NCBI GenBank assembly: GCA_965207445.1
Contig: CBDBLX010000002.1
Coordinates: forward strand, 640,001-704,000
Length of the DNA stretch: 64,000 nucleotides
Source: Nitrosopumilus sp.
GTDB taxonomy: Archaea > Thermoproteota > Nitrososphaeria > Nitrososphaerales > Nitrosopumilaceae
Direction of reading: 5' to 3'
Positions 18,809-28,857 of this stretch are shown here, in pieces. A program made the position numbers and the translations under genes. Within the stretch, counting starts at the first letter, position 1. The number at the start of each line of letters is the position of its first letter. The notes under the pieces are model-generated. The model was not told the origin of the DNA. It saw nothing but the letters and a program-made list of their open reading frames with translations, and searched no databases.

Positions 18809-20605
18809 ATGACTCATCGTGTTGCGGTACTTGACAAAGACTTGTGTCAGCCTAGAAAATGTGGTCTAGAATGTATTAAATACTGTCCTGTAAACAAATC
18901 TGGTGCTGATTGTATAGTCCTTGATGAGACCTCAAAAAAGGCTACTATTGATGAGAATATATGCAATGGATGTGGCATATGTGTCAAGGTATGTCCGTTT
19001 GATGCCATTACCATAGTAAATCTTGCAGAAGAGCTTGCAACTGACAAGATACACCAATACGGACCAAATTCGTTTCGACTGTATCGTCTACCTGTGCCAA
19101 AAAAAGGTGAAGTTATGGGATTGCTTGGACGAAATGGAATGGGAAAGAGCACCATAATCAACATACTGTCTGGTAGTATGCCGCCGAATTTGGGGCGCTA
19201 TGATGACCCTCCACAATGGGATGAGATTTTACAATATTACAGTGGCACTGAACTCAAACGACACTTTGAAAAGATAATGAACAACGAGTTGAGATCATCT
19301 ATAAAACCGCAACAAGTCCAGATGATTTCATCTGCATTTGATGGAACTGCATCAGAGTTAATTGAGAAATATGATGAACGCAATGTTTCACAAAAGATGA
19401 TCACTGATCTGAATCTTGAAAACTCCGTTGATCGTATGGTACAAGAGTTGAGTGGTGGTGAGCTACAACGTGTTGCAGTTGCAGTTGCTGCATCTCGTGA
19501 TGCTGATTTTTACTTTTTTGATGAGCCTTCTTCTTACAATGATGTCTTTCAGCGAATGGCAGTCGGACGCGTCATACAAAATTTGGCCAAAATAGGAAAG
19601 AGTGTGATGGTAGTTGAGCATGATTTAACACTACTTGACTTTCTAAGTGATTATATTGATGTAGTATATGGTGAGCCTGCCGCATACGGGATTGTATCTG
19701 GTGTACTCTCAACTAGAGTGGGTGTTAATGTCTTTCTTGATGGATATCTGCCTTCTGAGAATGTCAGATTTAGAGAAAAAAAGTTCTCATTTGATGCATC
19801 TTCTGCAACTACACCTGATGATGTTTTTGATGCAGGTGATGTGATCGTATCGTATCCACAAATTGAAAAAAAGTATGATTCTTTTGATGTTTCAATAAAT
19901 GCTGGTCGTGTACGAAAGGGTGAGATATTGGGTGTGATGGGTGCAAATGCACTTGGCAAGACTACTATGATGAAGATGATTGCAGGTGTGTTAAATCCTG
20001 ATTTGGGACATGTTGATTCTAAATTAAAACTTGCATACAAACCACAATACTTGGATAACTCAAAAAACCCCAATGTTGATGTCGTTTCGTTATTATCAAA
20101 GGCAAATGATAATCAGATCGAGGGCAGCATTGAGGAAGAGCAGGTAGTGGACCCGTTGCGCATAAAAAAGTTGTATAACAAATCCGTATCCACACTATCT
20201 GGTGGTGAACTGCAAAAGGTGGCAATTGCTACATGTCTGTTACAAAAGGTTGATTTGTATGCGCTAGATGAACCGTCTGCATTTTTGGATGTAGAGGATA
20301 GAATAACTCTTGCAAAGTTTATTCAAAAGTTTGTTCGTTCATTTGGCAAATCCGCAATTATAATTGATCATGATTTACAGCTTATGGATCTTGTCTCTGA
20401 TTCAATGATTATATTTGAAGGGCAGCCAGGTATTCGTGGTACTGCCACAAGTCCATTACCAAAAGTAGATGCAATGAATAGATTTTTGAGATCACTTGAT
20501 ATGTCATTTAGGCGAGATGAGAAAAGTATGCGCCCCCGCGTAAACAAGCCTGAAAGCAGACTTGACAAGACACAAAAGACAGCAGGCACATTTTATTATA
20601 CATGA
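18809..20605 (+). CDS. ABCE1/RLI ribosome recycling ATPase
   Basis: Two N-terminal Fe-S Cys motifs and two ABC domains (GRNGMGKS, GANALGKT, LSGGELQ). Confidence 0.97.
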   Translation: MTHRVAVLDKDLCQPRKCGLECIKYCPVNKSGADCIVLDETSKKATIDENICNGCGICVKVCPFDAITIVNLAEELATDKIHQYGPNSFRLYRLPVPKKGEVMGLLGRNGMGKSTIINILSGSMPPNLGRYDDPPQWDEILQYYSGTELKRHFEKIMNNELRSSIKPQQVQMISSAFDGTASELIEKYDERNVSQKMITDLNLENSVDRMVQELSGGELQRVAVAVAASRDADFYFFDEPSSYNDVFQRMAVGRVIQNLAKIGKSVMVVEHDLTLLDFLSDYIDVVYGEPAAYGIVSGVLSTRVGVNVFLDGYLPSENVRFREKKFSFDASSATTPDDVFDAGDVIVSYPQIEKKYDSFDVSINAGRVRKGEILGVMGANALGKTTMMKMIAGVLNPDLGHVDSKLKLAYKPQYLDNSKNPNVDVVSLLSKANDNQIEGSIEEEQVVDPLRIKKLYNKSVSTLSGGELQKVAIATCLLQKVDLYALDEPSAFLDVEDRITLAKFIQKFVRSFGKSAIIIDHDLQLMDLVSDSMIIFEGQPGIRGTATSPLPKVDAMNRFLRSLDMSFRRDEKSMRPRVNKPESRLDKTQKTAGTFYYT

Positions 20606-20624
20606 TGTGATTGCAGTGACGCGA

Positions 20625-21497
20625 ATGCTCAAAAAAGTGTTATACGATACATTAAGTGAGTCTGAGGCAGGTGAGTTTGTATCTGCATTTGATCAAATAG
20701 GTAGCATTGTTGTGGTACGCATTCCTGATTCGTTGCTTGTAAAGAGGTATGAGATTGGGCAGGCGCTACTTGATGAGATCAAAGTAGCAAAAAGTGTGTT
20801 TTGCCAATCATCTGCTGTAAGTGGTGAGTATCGTACGCGTAAATTACAAGTTATCGCAGGTGTTGATGATACAACTACCGAATACAAAGAATCTGGATGT
20901 AGGTTTGTAGTGGATGTTGAGAATGCATTCTTTTCACCTAGACTATCTCATGAGCGTGAGCGAATAGCAGACGTGACATGTGATGGTGATGTAATGCTCA
21001 ACATGTTCGGCGGCATTGGTATGTTCTCTATAATTACTGCCATGCAAAATATGTGTACTGTATACAATATTGATTCAAATCCAATTGCTGCTGCACTGTG
21101 TGACAAGAATATTGCGCTAAACGAGTATACACGTAAAAACAAAAAAAGACGACGCAAGATGGCAGGTACGGTATATTCAATATGCGGTGACGTGTCTCAA
21201 GTTATACGGGATAAATTCTCTACTAATATGTTTGATAGAACATTGATGTTGTTGCCAGAGCGATCTGATGAATTTTTAGACTCTGCCATACATGCAACAA
21301 AGAGTGGTGGTGTAATTCATTATTATATGCATATTCATGCTGACTCTAAAAAAGATGCACCTGGACTATCTGAAGAACATTATCTTGATGTCACGTCACA
21401 TCGTGTGCATTCTGACGTACTGCACTCTCGGATCGTCAGAGCAGTTGGTCCTAGATACTATCAAACAGTAGTTGATGCTAAAATTCACAAGTTTTAG
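20625..21497 (+). CDS. Trm5/Taw2-family tRNA methyltransferase (Met10+-like)
   Basis: FDQIG.I, KESGC.F.VD, FFSPRLS.ER.RI, NMFGGIG.FS; start uncertain. Confidence 0.88.
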   Translation: MLKKVLYDTLSESEAGEFVSAFDQIGSIVVVRIPDSLLVKRYEIGQALLDEIKVAKSVFCQSSAVSGEYRTRKLQVIAGVDDTTTEYKESGCRFVVDVENAFFSPRLSHERERIADVTCDGDVMLNMFGGIGMFSIITAMQNMCTVYNIDSNPIAAALCDKNIALNEYTRKNKKRRRKMAGTVYSICGDVSQVIRDKFSTNMFDRTLMLLPERSDEFLDSAIHATKSGGVIHYYMHIHADSKKDAPGLSEEHYLDVTSHRVHSDVLHSRIVRAVGPRYYQTVVDAKIHKF

Positions 21498-21718
21498 ATG
21501 TCATCATCTGATGTAATTGTAGCCGATGTGGCACGTGTAGTTGCAGTCACGTATCCAATCCATGCTATGACGCCGAGTATTCCGCCTACTATCATGAGCA
21601 TTGTGAGTTGTTGTATTATGGGGCTCCATTCTGAGAGCATTAAGAGATATGCATACACAAAGAATCCTATTATGGCAAGTAGAAATATCATTACACCTAC
21701 ATTTTTACGCTTGCTCAT
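21494..21718 (-). CDS. Small two-TM membrane protein
   Basis: 74-aa ORF with two hydrophobic helices and a WIGY..ATT motif. Confidence 0.7.
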   Translation of the reverse strand: MSKRKNVGVMIFLLAIIGFFVYAYLLMLSEWSPIIQQLTMLMIVGGILGVIAWIGYVTATTRATSATITSDDDI

Positions 21719-21906
21719 GTCGTGTGAGATCTACAATAGTTATTTAATGGTAATACTTTATCACTTGTCGTTGGGTTCATGTCAAATCATTGGACACGAC
21801 TGAAAATACATATGACCTGTAATTATATGTGACTTTATTTACTTAATTGTGATGTGCGATGAAAGGTGGTGTGTATGATTCGTGTTTTGTAAATAATTGA
21901 CCCTTG

Positions 21907-23154
21907 TCACTTTACATCCAACTCGTGTGTGTCGGTAGTATCATTGATACTGCTACTATTACTGTTGGTAGTATCACTGATATTACTATCACTATTACTG
22001 TTGTTGTTGTTACTATTGCTGTCTCTATTGTTATTTTGAACCCTTGTAGATAAAACAAATGCAACTATAATTACGGCAATTGCCCAGTACATGACTGCTG
22101 TATACCCGTACACAAGTGCTATTGTACCTGCTGAGATAGGTCCTATCACAGTTGCAATCGATATCGTACTACTAAAGATTCCAGTACTGGTTGATTTTGG
22201 ATTATTCTCCATAAGATGAAAACTACCTCCAATGTACAAAAATGCCCATGAGAACCCTACGAGTGCCATAAATGGCATCGTCTCCCACCACTGATTTATC
22301 ATTGAGAGTCCTACAAATACAAACGTAGTAATTCCAATCCCTATCTTGAATTTCGTCACATTCGATATATTTATGCGCACTGCCATCAGATTCATTACAA
22401 CAAATGCAGTCAGAGTATTTGCAACATAGATAACTGAGATCTGCCAGATCTCTGCTCCCATTTTATCTAGTAATACAAGAGGCAGAATGGTCCAAACCGA
22501 AACTGCACCGATATGTCGAAACAATAATGCTAAAAATAGAAATTTGTTATCTAGTATGATGTGTTTTATTGTTCCTGATGCAGTCACCTTTTGAGCGTTG
22601 GTATCGGAAAGTCTTGCAGAGCATAACAATCCAATTACAAAAAATCCTGCACTGATCAAAAATATGATATTTGTATCATTTGCAATACCTGCTGCTGCAA
22701 TACCTGCAAGCCATCCAAGTGCGTGAAATGATACCACTGATGCTACCTTTTTCTTGTTTTGACCTGCCTCATATGAGTATGCAAGCATCGCAGGAATCAT
22801 CAAACCTGTTGTGATCCCGCCTGCGATCCTGGCAACTAATAGCAGTACTGCATCATCTGCAAAATAATGTAGTGCAAATACGATCGCACATGATGTGAAT
22901 CCAATTCGTATAAACAATAATCTTTTACCATATCTATCTGATAACCTCCCAAAGTAAACCTCTGATACTATCTGCGCTAGACTAAATGATGCTACTATAA
23001 TGCCAATCTCAAATACCGTCTCTGTGACATCTTCTGCTATAATTGGCATAAAGACAAGTATGGACGCAATACCTGCATGTTGAAAAAATGTAATAGTTCT
23101 GATACGATTATCAATTCCTGGTGCTATATGTGGCAGTAGCATAAAACATGGCAC
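21907..23154 (-). CDS. MFS transporter
   Basis: GRLSDRYGKR motif A; ~12 TM; Asn/Ser-rich tail. Confidence 0.9.
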   Translation of the reverse strand: MPCFMLLPHIAPGIDNRIRTITFFQHAGIASILVFMPIIAEDVTETVFEIGIIVASFSLAQIVSEVYFGRLSDRYGKRLLFIRIGFTSCAIVFALHYFADDAVLLLVARIAGGITTGLMIPAMLAYSYEAGQNKKKVASVVSFHALGWLAGIAAAGIANDTNIIFLISAGFFVIGLLCSARLSDTNAQKVTASGTIKHIILDNKFLFLALLFRHIGAVSVWTILPLVLLDKMGAEIWQISVIYVANTLTAFVVMNLMAVRINISNVTKFKIGIGITTFVFVGLSMINQWWETMPFMALVGFSWAFLYIGGSFHLMENNPKSTSTGIFSSTISIATVIGPISAGTIALVYGYTAVMYWAIAVIIVAFVLSTRVQNNNRDSNSNNNNSNSDSNISDTTNSNSSSINDTTDTHELDVK

Positions 23155-23255
23155 AATATCAGTTTAATTTGAATATGTGTATTACACGATCTCATACGTG
23201 AATACATGCATAACTAAAATGAATATGTGATTCAAACGATTTACTCGTTCTTTTT

Positions 23256-23564
23256 CTATCTTGTGGCTTGATAAATCTCATCAAGACACTTTATCACTTT
23301 ATGTCCTCTCTCATTGACCCTGTATCCTGTTCGTACTGGACGGTCTTGTGTTATTTTTCTCTCTAAAAGTTTCATATTTGAGAGATCAGTTATGGTCTTG
23401 TGTATGGATGCCCTACTTGCAACAATTTTGTTGGATGTGACGTGTTTGAGTATGGCATTATAACCAATATACTCATTGTCTTTGATGTACAGTAGGGTTT
23501 CGTACGTACCCTTTGTTGCCAACATGCGCAATGTCTTGTCTATGTCGTGTTTGTCTGGTTTCAC
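23256..23564 (-). CDS. HxlR-like winged-helix transcriptional regulator
   Basis: L...LLERKI...RPVRTGY.VNERG pattern. Confidence 0.75.
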   Translation of the reverse strand: MKPDKHDIDKTLRMLATKGTYETLLYIKDNEYIGYNAILKHVTSNKIVASRASIHKTITDLSNMKLLERKITQDRPVRTGYRVNERGHKVIKCLDEIYQATR

Positions 23565-24325
23565 ATCAAAAACAATGTAAACCTATCTCAAAAAGTCTAA
23601 ACATATTAATTTCAAGTTAAACTCTGTTTTTATAAGTAAGACTCAACTTTTATGAGTCGATTTATAATGTGCCTAGTTGTTGCTATCATATATGTCGGTG
23701 ACAAATCAATGATGAAAAATGTCTGGCAATCCTGTAAATTCAGCGATGAGATTATCTCAGGAAACTTGGAATTACACAAATTTGCCGTAGAGTTGCATGA
23801 TGTACTCTCTGGTGGAGCTGATCCTGTGTATCAAGACCCGCGGCAATTTCTTGAAAAGACATATCTCACATCTCAGATGCAAGGTATACTCAAAGATACA
23901 CTCAACAGACTTGAGAAATCACAGGGTGTACCTTGTATAATAATTGACACTGGATTTGGTGGTGGTAAAACTCACACACTTATGTTACTGTATCACGTAT
24001 TCTCAAATCTTGCAATTGGTTTTGATTATATCAAACAATATAACCTTGAGAAGGAACTGGGATTAAGCAGTATATCAAAGACCCGCGTAGTTGCAATTGA
24101 CTGCCGAGATATCAAGAAAAATACGTTATGGGGTGAGATTGCACACAAGATTGGCAAATACGATACGGTGCGCGAGTATGATGAATCATCCAAACCGATA
24201 TCTGACATGGACTTGATAAAAGATTTTTTTGATGAACCTACACTTTTAATGATAGATGAACTTCCTCATTATCTCAGTGAGACTCTTGCAGAAAAGGTTG
24301 GTGATACCACAAAATCAAAACTTAC

Positions 24326-25651
24326 TGTGCTATCCTGTAAGTAGTTCCACTTATGATTTGACATATGCATGACTCTCCATTTCTTTTGCTGTTATGTCTT
24401 TTGGTGCTTGTTTGCGTTTATAGGCTTCTATAGGCGTTTCTTTACCGTCTTTTAGTGACATATGTGGGAGATTATTGTACCAGTTGACGAGTCTTGTTAT
24501 TGGGTCTGTTATACCCCTAGTATGGAATGGATTCCCCACATGGTCGCCGGGTTTGGAACCACGAACTGTATTACATACAGACTCTTCTTCAAATGATTTT
24601 AGATGTTGTTCAATCTCAGAGTGGAATCGTTCTAATTTACCGTTGGTTTGAGGGTGTTTTATACGTGCCATGACTTGTTTGATACCAAGCTCGACTAACT
24701 TGTTCTCAAATACTGCCACACCGCGCTCAGAGTTCTTTTTCTCATTTGCATAGAACTGAGATCCATGATCCGTTAGTATTTGGGCAGGTTTACCGTATTT
24801 CTTGATGGCGCCCTCAAGCACCTTTATTGCATGATCACTTGTAGGTTCATTATACACTCCAAAGCCCATAATCATCCTAGATGCATCGTCCTGATAGGAC
24901 ACAAACCATCTACCATCGTAAATCTGCTTAAAATCCGTATGCCATAAAGAATTTGAGAATCTTCTCTCATATCTAACCCACTTTCGCTGCTTTGCTTTTT
25001 TTGGTTGGTTTTCTACTAACTCCTCATCTTTCAATATCTTATATATGATATTGTGAGAAATATGGATTCCGATTTCTTCTTCTATTATAGTCTCGAGTCT
25101 GACTGCCATACGTCTGTTCTGCTTGCAACAAGATATCACTGCAGAATGTTCTCGACGGCCTGGTAATCCATTAGAAGGACGTCCCATTTTTAGAGGATAT
25201 GTGATATCTTTTGGCTGTAAATGACCATATCGTACGAACAATTTTCTAACCCATCGTGCAGATACACCCACTAATTTTGCAATCTGGGTGTCACTCATCT
25301 CATCATTGTGCTTTTGCTGAACTATCCACCGTACCTGTTCCTCATCAAGTTTATGTATTACACGAAGTTTTTTACCATTTTTGAGCCTAGTTTTGATCTT
25401 TGTACGAGGATCATGATTTGACCCACACACCTTCATTTCCACTCCGCACACGGATATATGAGGATCTACACCACTAGTAGCCAATTTTCTTTTCTCTCCA
25501 AGTGGGCATAAAAGCTAAACTCATCATACGCTTCATATTAAATATGATTATATCTAGGCGTGCACTCAAGGCGGAACTACTTACATTGACGATTATTCCT
25601 ATGATCATATCTAGGCGTACACTCAAGGCGGAACTACTTACAAGACAACTT
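24326..25651 (-). mobile_element. IS481-like insertion sequence with 15-bp TSD
   Basis: AAAATCAAAACTTAC at 24311-24325 and 25652-25666; subterminal IR TGTAAGTAGTTCC / GGAACTACTTACA. Confidence 0.9.
24351..25436 (-). CDS. IS481-family transposase (HTH + rve integrase core)
   Basis: LWHTDFK, DDASR, ILTDHGSQF and HPQTNGKLERFH motifs; start uncertain. Confidence 0.93.
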   Translation of the reverse strand: MKVCGSNHDPRTKIKTRLKNGKKLRVIHKLDEEQVRWIVQQKHNDEMSDTQIAKLVGVSARWVRKLFVRYGHLQPKDITYPLKMGRPSNGLPGRREHSAVISCCKQNRRMAVRLETIIEEEIGIHISHNIIYKILKDEELVENQPKKAKQRKWVRYERRFSNSLWHTDFKQIYDGRWFVSYQDDASRMIMGFGVYNEPTSDHAIKVLEGAIKKYGKPAQILTDHGSQFYANEKKNSERGVAVFENKLVELGIKQVMARIKHPQTNGKLERFHSEIEQHLKSFEEESVCNTVRGSKPGDHVGNPFHTRGITDPITRLVNWYNNLPHMSLKDGKETPIEAYKRKQAPKDITAKEMESHAYVKS

Positions 25652-25974
25652 AAAATCAAAACTTACAGAGTCTTTTTTATACAAGCTAATATCTGCAGCA
25701 TCATCTAGTAAGAACTCTGTATTTGTCTTGACACTCACAGAAAACCAGCAACTGTACAAAGAAAACGTCGATAAAATAAAGTCTACATTAAGTGACTTTG
25801 TTATAGATGATGCCATTGGAGATTTAAAAGAGACTCTGTCGCGCCAAACTTCGATAAAAAACCCAGTACAAAAAAAGTCTCCGAAATACCGGAGTGTCTA
25901 TTATACGCGTCTCTATTTCGGACAGATCTATAAAACCATATAGTGGATCTCGTATGGATTTGAAACGAAAATAG

Positions 25975-26523
25975 TCATCTGGATACCGTGACAAGTTCTA
26001 GTCTCTCCAGTAGTTCCGCTCCCTGTCCTACATTGCATTCGGACACTTTCCATTGAAGCTTTTTGGCGTATTCTACAGCATCTGGAAATGACATGCCCAC
26101 GCTAGATTCGTGTGAATTAAGCAGGTAGTGAATCTTGGATGCATACGATAGAGGGGCTGACTTTAAATCGCAGAAATCACGGCATACTTTGACGATCTCT
26201 GCAATCCTTTCAAACATGTCACCATTTTTTTCCTTTGATATTTTTGCAATTTCCTGTCCATCTTTTGTAAGCCTGTATTTGTATCCCTCATACATAGATC
26301 CTGGGGGGATGTCTTCATACAGAAAGTAGCACGAGACCATTGTCTCTAACGCCCATCCCAGTCCTCTGCTGAATGGTCCGTAGTAATGTGCCTTGTATGG
26401 TGGCACATCAAGATTTGGAATCTTCTTGCTGGAGAGATAGACAATCTTTTGAATCACGGTTCTACCTCTTATGGTGTTGTCATTTGCATCCAATATGGCA
26501 TAAATCGTATCATAAACGTCCAT
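25975..26523 (-). CDS. YwgA/Panacea(SocA)-like winged-helix protein
   Basis: GRTVIQKIVYL..YKAHYYGPFS..L..Y.YRLT..G pattern. Confidence 0.65.
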   Translation of the reverse strand: MDVYDTIYAILDANDNTIRGRTVIQKIVYLSSKKIPNLDVPPYKAHYYGPFSRGLGWALETMVSCYFLYEDIPPGSMYEGYKYRLTKDGQEIAKISKEKNGDMFERIAEIVKVCRDFCDLKSAPLSYASKIHYLLNSHESSVGMSFPDAVEYAKKLQWKVSECNVGQGAELLERLELVTVSR

Positions 26524-26835
26524 GCGATAAACCCTGGCATGTAGAATTAAATTCCTTTCTATTATTATGGCGTGTTGCATAATTAGTAAATTTATACCCC
26601 TCCGGGTCGTGGTCATGTGGTCTGAGCTGCGCAACCTACGTTACACGATTCGAAGTCACTCAAATGCTCTGTAAACTGGACAGGAGGACTGTCTGCCTCA
26701 AGATATGCTGCCAGTGGGTGTGTCAAGTCACGCCTACAACAAGTCATAAGCGGGTCGTGCTTCCAAGCCTACAAAGTGTACGCGCAAAACATGGCGTGGG
26801 ATACGCCTTGGCATTTTGTGAGTACATACACATAT

Positions 26836-26916
26836 GTAACTGTTCAACCCCCGTACCTGTACTAGATGTTAGGCGGCGAGTCCGTGTCTAAATTTGGGAA
26901 GAGGTTGAACGGTTAC
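26836..26916. mobile_element. 81-bp MITE family B, copy 1 (inverted relative to the others)
   Basis: TIR GTAACtGTTCAACC / GGTTGAACGGTTAC; homologous to 35471, 38965 and 56943. Confidence 0.88.
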
Positions 26917-27134
26917 ATTTTTTCCTCGAAAAGTTTCATATTTAAGAGATCAGTTATGGTCTTGTATATGGATGCCCTACTTGCAACAATTTTGTTGGAT
27001 GTGACGTGTTTGAGTATGGCATTATAACCAATATGCTCATTGTCTTTGATGTACAGTAGGGTTTCGTACGTACCCTTTGTTGCCAACATGCGCAGTGTCT
27101 TGTCTATGTTGTGTTTGTCTGTCTGGTTTCACAC
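26917..27134 (-). pseudogene. Truncated, frameshifted duplicate of the HxlR-like gene
   Basis: Near-identical to 23353-23566; carries an extra GTCT; cut off at the MITE. Confidence 0.88.
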
Positions 27135-27183
27135 ACCAAAATTTCAAGTAGATTTTTATTCAATTTCCGAGTCAATTAATTCT

Positions 27184-28857
27184 ATGGGTTTAGATTATTG
27201 TGCAATTCGATCAAAAGTTCTTCACGCCCGCAAACTCGTAATTAGAGGCACATCTACTGCTGGTTCTGGCCATCCTGGTGGTTCATTTTCAATGGCAGAG
27301 ATACTAGGATGTCTATTTCACAAACACCTTCGATATGATCCACACAATCCGAGTTGGGATGAAAGAGACCGACTAGTATTATCAAAAGGACATGCTGCAC
27401 CTGGTCTGTACTCTAACATGGCAGTAGCTGGCTACTTTGATGAATCCGAAATTGACACCCTACGTGCATTTGGAAGTCGTCTACAAGGCCACCCTGACCT
27501 AAAGTGTCCTGGTGTTGAGTTTTGCGGCGGCTCACTTGGAACTGGTTTATCATATTCAATTGGAATCGCACTTGCAATGAGGCTTGATTCTAGAGATTCT
27601 CGCGTCTATACCATAATTGGAGATGGTGAGTCTGATGAGGGCCAGATATGGGAGGCGGCAATGACTGCTGCCAAGTACAATCTTGATAATTTGACTGTCT
27701 TTCTTGATCGTAATTTCATTCAACAGGACTCTTACACTGAACGAATAATGCCACTTGATGATACACTTAAAGATAATGATCATATTTCAAAGATGTGGCT
27801 AGAATCTGATAGATGGCAGACTGGCGACAAATGGCGTGCTTTTGGATGGAATGTTTTGGAGATTGATGGGCACCGTATAGAGCAAATAAATGATGCAATT
27901 TTATGTGCACAAAAACACAAAGATAAACCCACCATTATAATATCACGTACCATAAAGGGCAAATCAGTCGAGCATATGGAAGATAATCCACAGTGGCACG
28001 GCAAGGCACCTAATCTTGATATGGTTCCGATAATAAATGCCGAGCTAGAGTCACAGTCAGTAATTGCACCCTCTATTATTGCAGGGGATATGACTAATCT
28101 ACAATCAGAAGTGATCCGATGCTCACAGGGACGCGCCGATTACATTCATCTTGATGTGATGGATGGTGTGTTTGTCCCAAACAAGACATTTGGCCATGAA
28201 GTGATCCGATCCCTCCGACCTATTACTTTGATACCATTTGATGCACACTTGATGATAACTGATCCCCACAAACACATCAGAGAGTATGTAGATGCAGGAT
28301 GTGATATAATTACTGTCCATGCAGAAGTCACTACTGCTGATACGTTTGGTGAGATATCTGATGTCTTGCGTGAAAACAATGTTAGTGTGGGGTTAGCAAT
28401 CAACCCTGCCACTGATCTGCCAGATTGGTCACTAGAATTTTTACCAAAGATAGATCAACTTATTGTAATGTCTGTTGTACCTGGCAAGTCTGGTCAAAAG
28501 TATCTCGAATCAACACACCAAAAGATGGCCCAACTCAAACCAATCCTTACTGCAAACGGATTTGCCGGCTATGTAGAAGCAGATGGTGGAGTAAATTTGG
28601 AGAATATTGGCTCTGTCTTTGCAGATGGCGCACGCGCATTTGTAGGTGGTGGTGCTATTGTATCTCAGCCTGATGTACGTGTTGCAATACGTGAGTTTCG
28701 AGGCGCACTTGCAGCTGCAAAGAGACGCGCACTACTTGAAATGGCATCTCAATTGGGCGGTGAGCAACTAGTAGAGCGTTGGATAAATCTACATGTTGTG
28801 GGTGCAAGGCCCAGTGAGGTTCGAGCAATTGCACAGGAGGCAGGGTATGTCAGATAA
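27184..28857 (+). CDS. Transketolase N-terminal subunit fused to ribulose-phosphate 3-epimerase
   Basis: SGHPGGS, LSKGHAAP and GDGE..EGQIWEA, followed by IAPSI, HLDVMDG.FVPN and DGGVN. Confidence 0.93.
   Translation: MGLDYCAIRSKVLHARKLVIRGTSTAGSGHPGGSFSMAEILGCLFHKHLRYDPHNPSWDERDRLVLSKGHAAPGLYSNMAVAGYFDESEIDTLRAFGSRLQGHPDLKCPGVEFCGGSLGTGLSYSIGIALAMRLDSRDSRVYTIIGDGESDEGQIWEAAMTAAKYNLDNLTVFLDRNFIQQDSYTERIMPLDDTLKDNDHISKMWLESDRWQTGDKWRAFGWNVLEIDGHRIEQINDAILCAQKHKDKPTIIISRTIKGKSVEHMEDNPQWHGKAPNLDMVPIINAELESQSVIAPSIIAGDMTNLQSEVIRCSQGRADYIHLDVMDGVFVPNKTFGHEVIRSLRPITLIPFDAHLMITDPHKHIREYVDAGCDIITVHAEVTTADTFGEISDVLRENNVSVGLAINPATDLPDWSLEFLPKIDQLIVMSVVPGKSGQKYLESTHQKMAQLKPILTANGFAGYVEADGGVNLENIGSVFADGARAFVGGGAIVSQPDVRVAIREFRGALAAAKRRALLEMASQLGGEQLVERWINLHVVGARPSEVRAIAQEAGYVR

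Larger units (their letters stand above)
23709..25943 (+). pseudogene. DUF499-family AAA+ ATPase, IS-interrupted and 3'-truncated
   Basis: YQDP..F...TYLT, TGFGGGKTH, TLWGEIA and LLMIDEL motifs. The frame resumes after the IS (KSKLT|ESFLYKL..). Confidence 0.85.

Noticed and set aside
27132..27148. Match to the IS66 left junction (CACACCAAAATTTCAA)
   Set aside because: A short AT-rich match with no proper TIR or TSD; compatible with chance
27040..27183. N-terminal extension of the transketolase ORF
   Set aside because: It overlaps the antisense HxlR duplicate; recognisable transketolase sequence starts at ATG 27184
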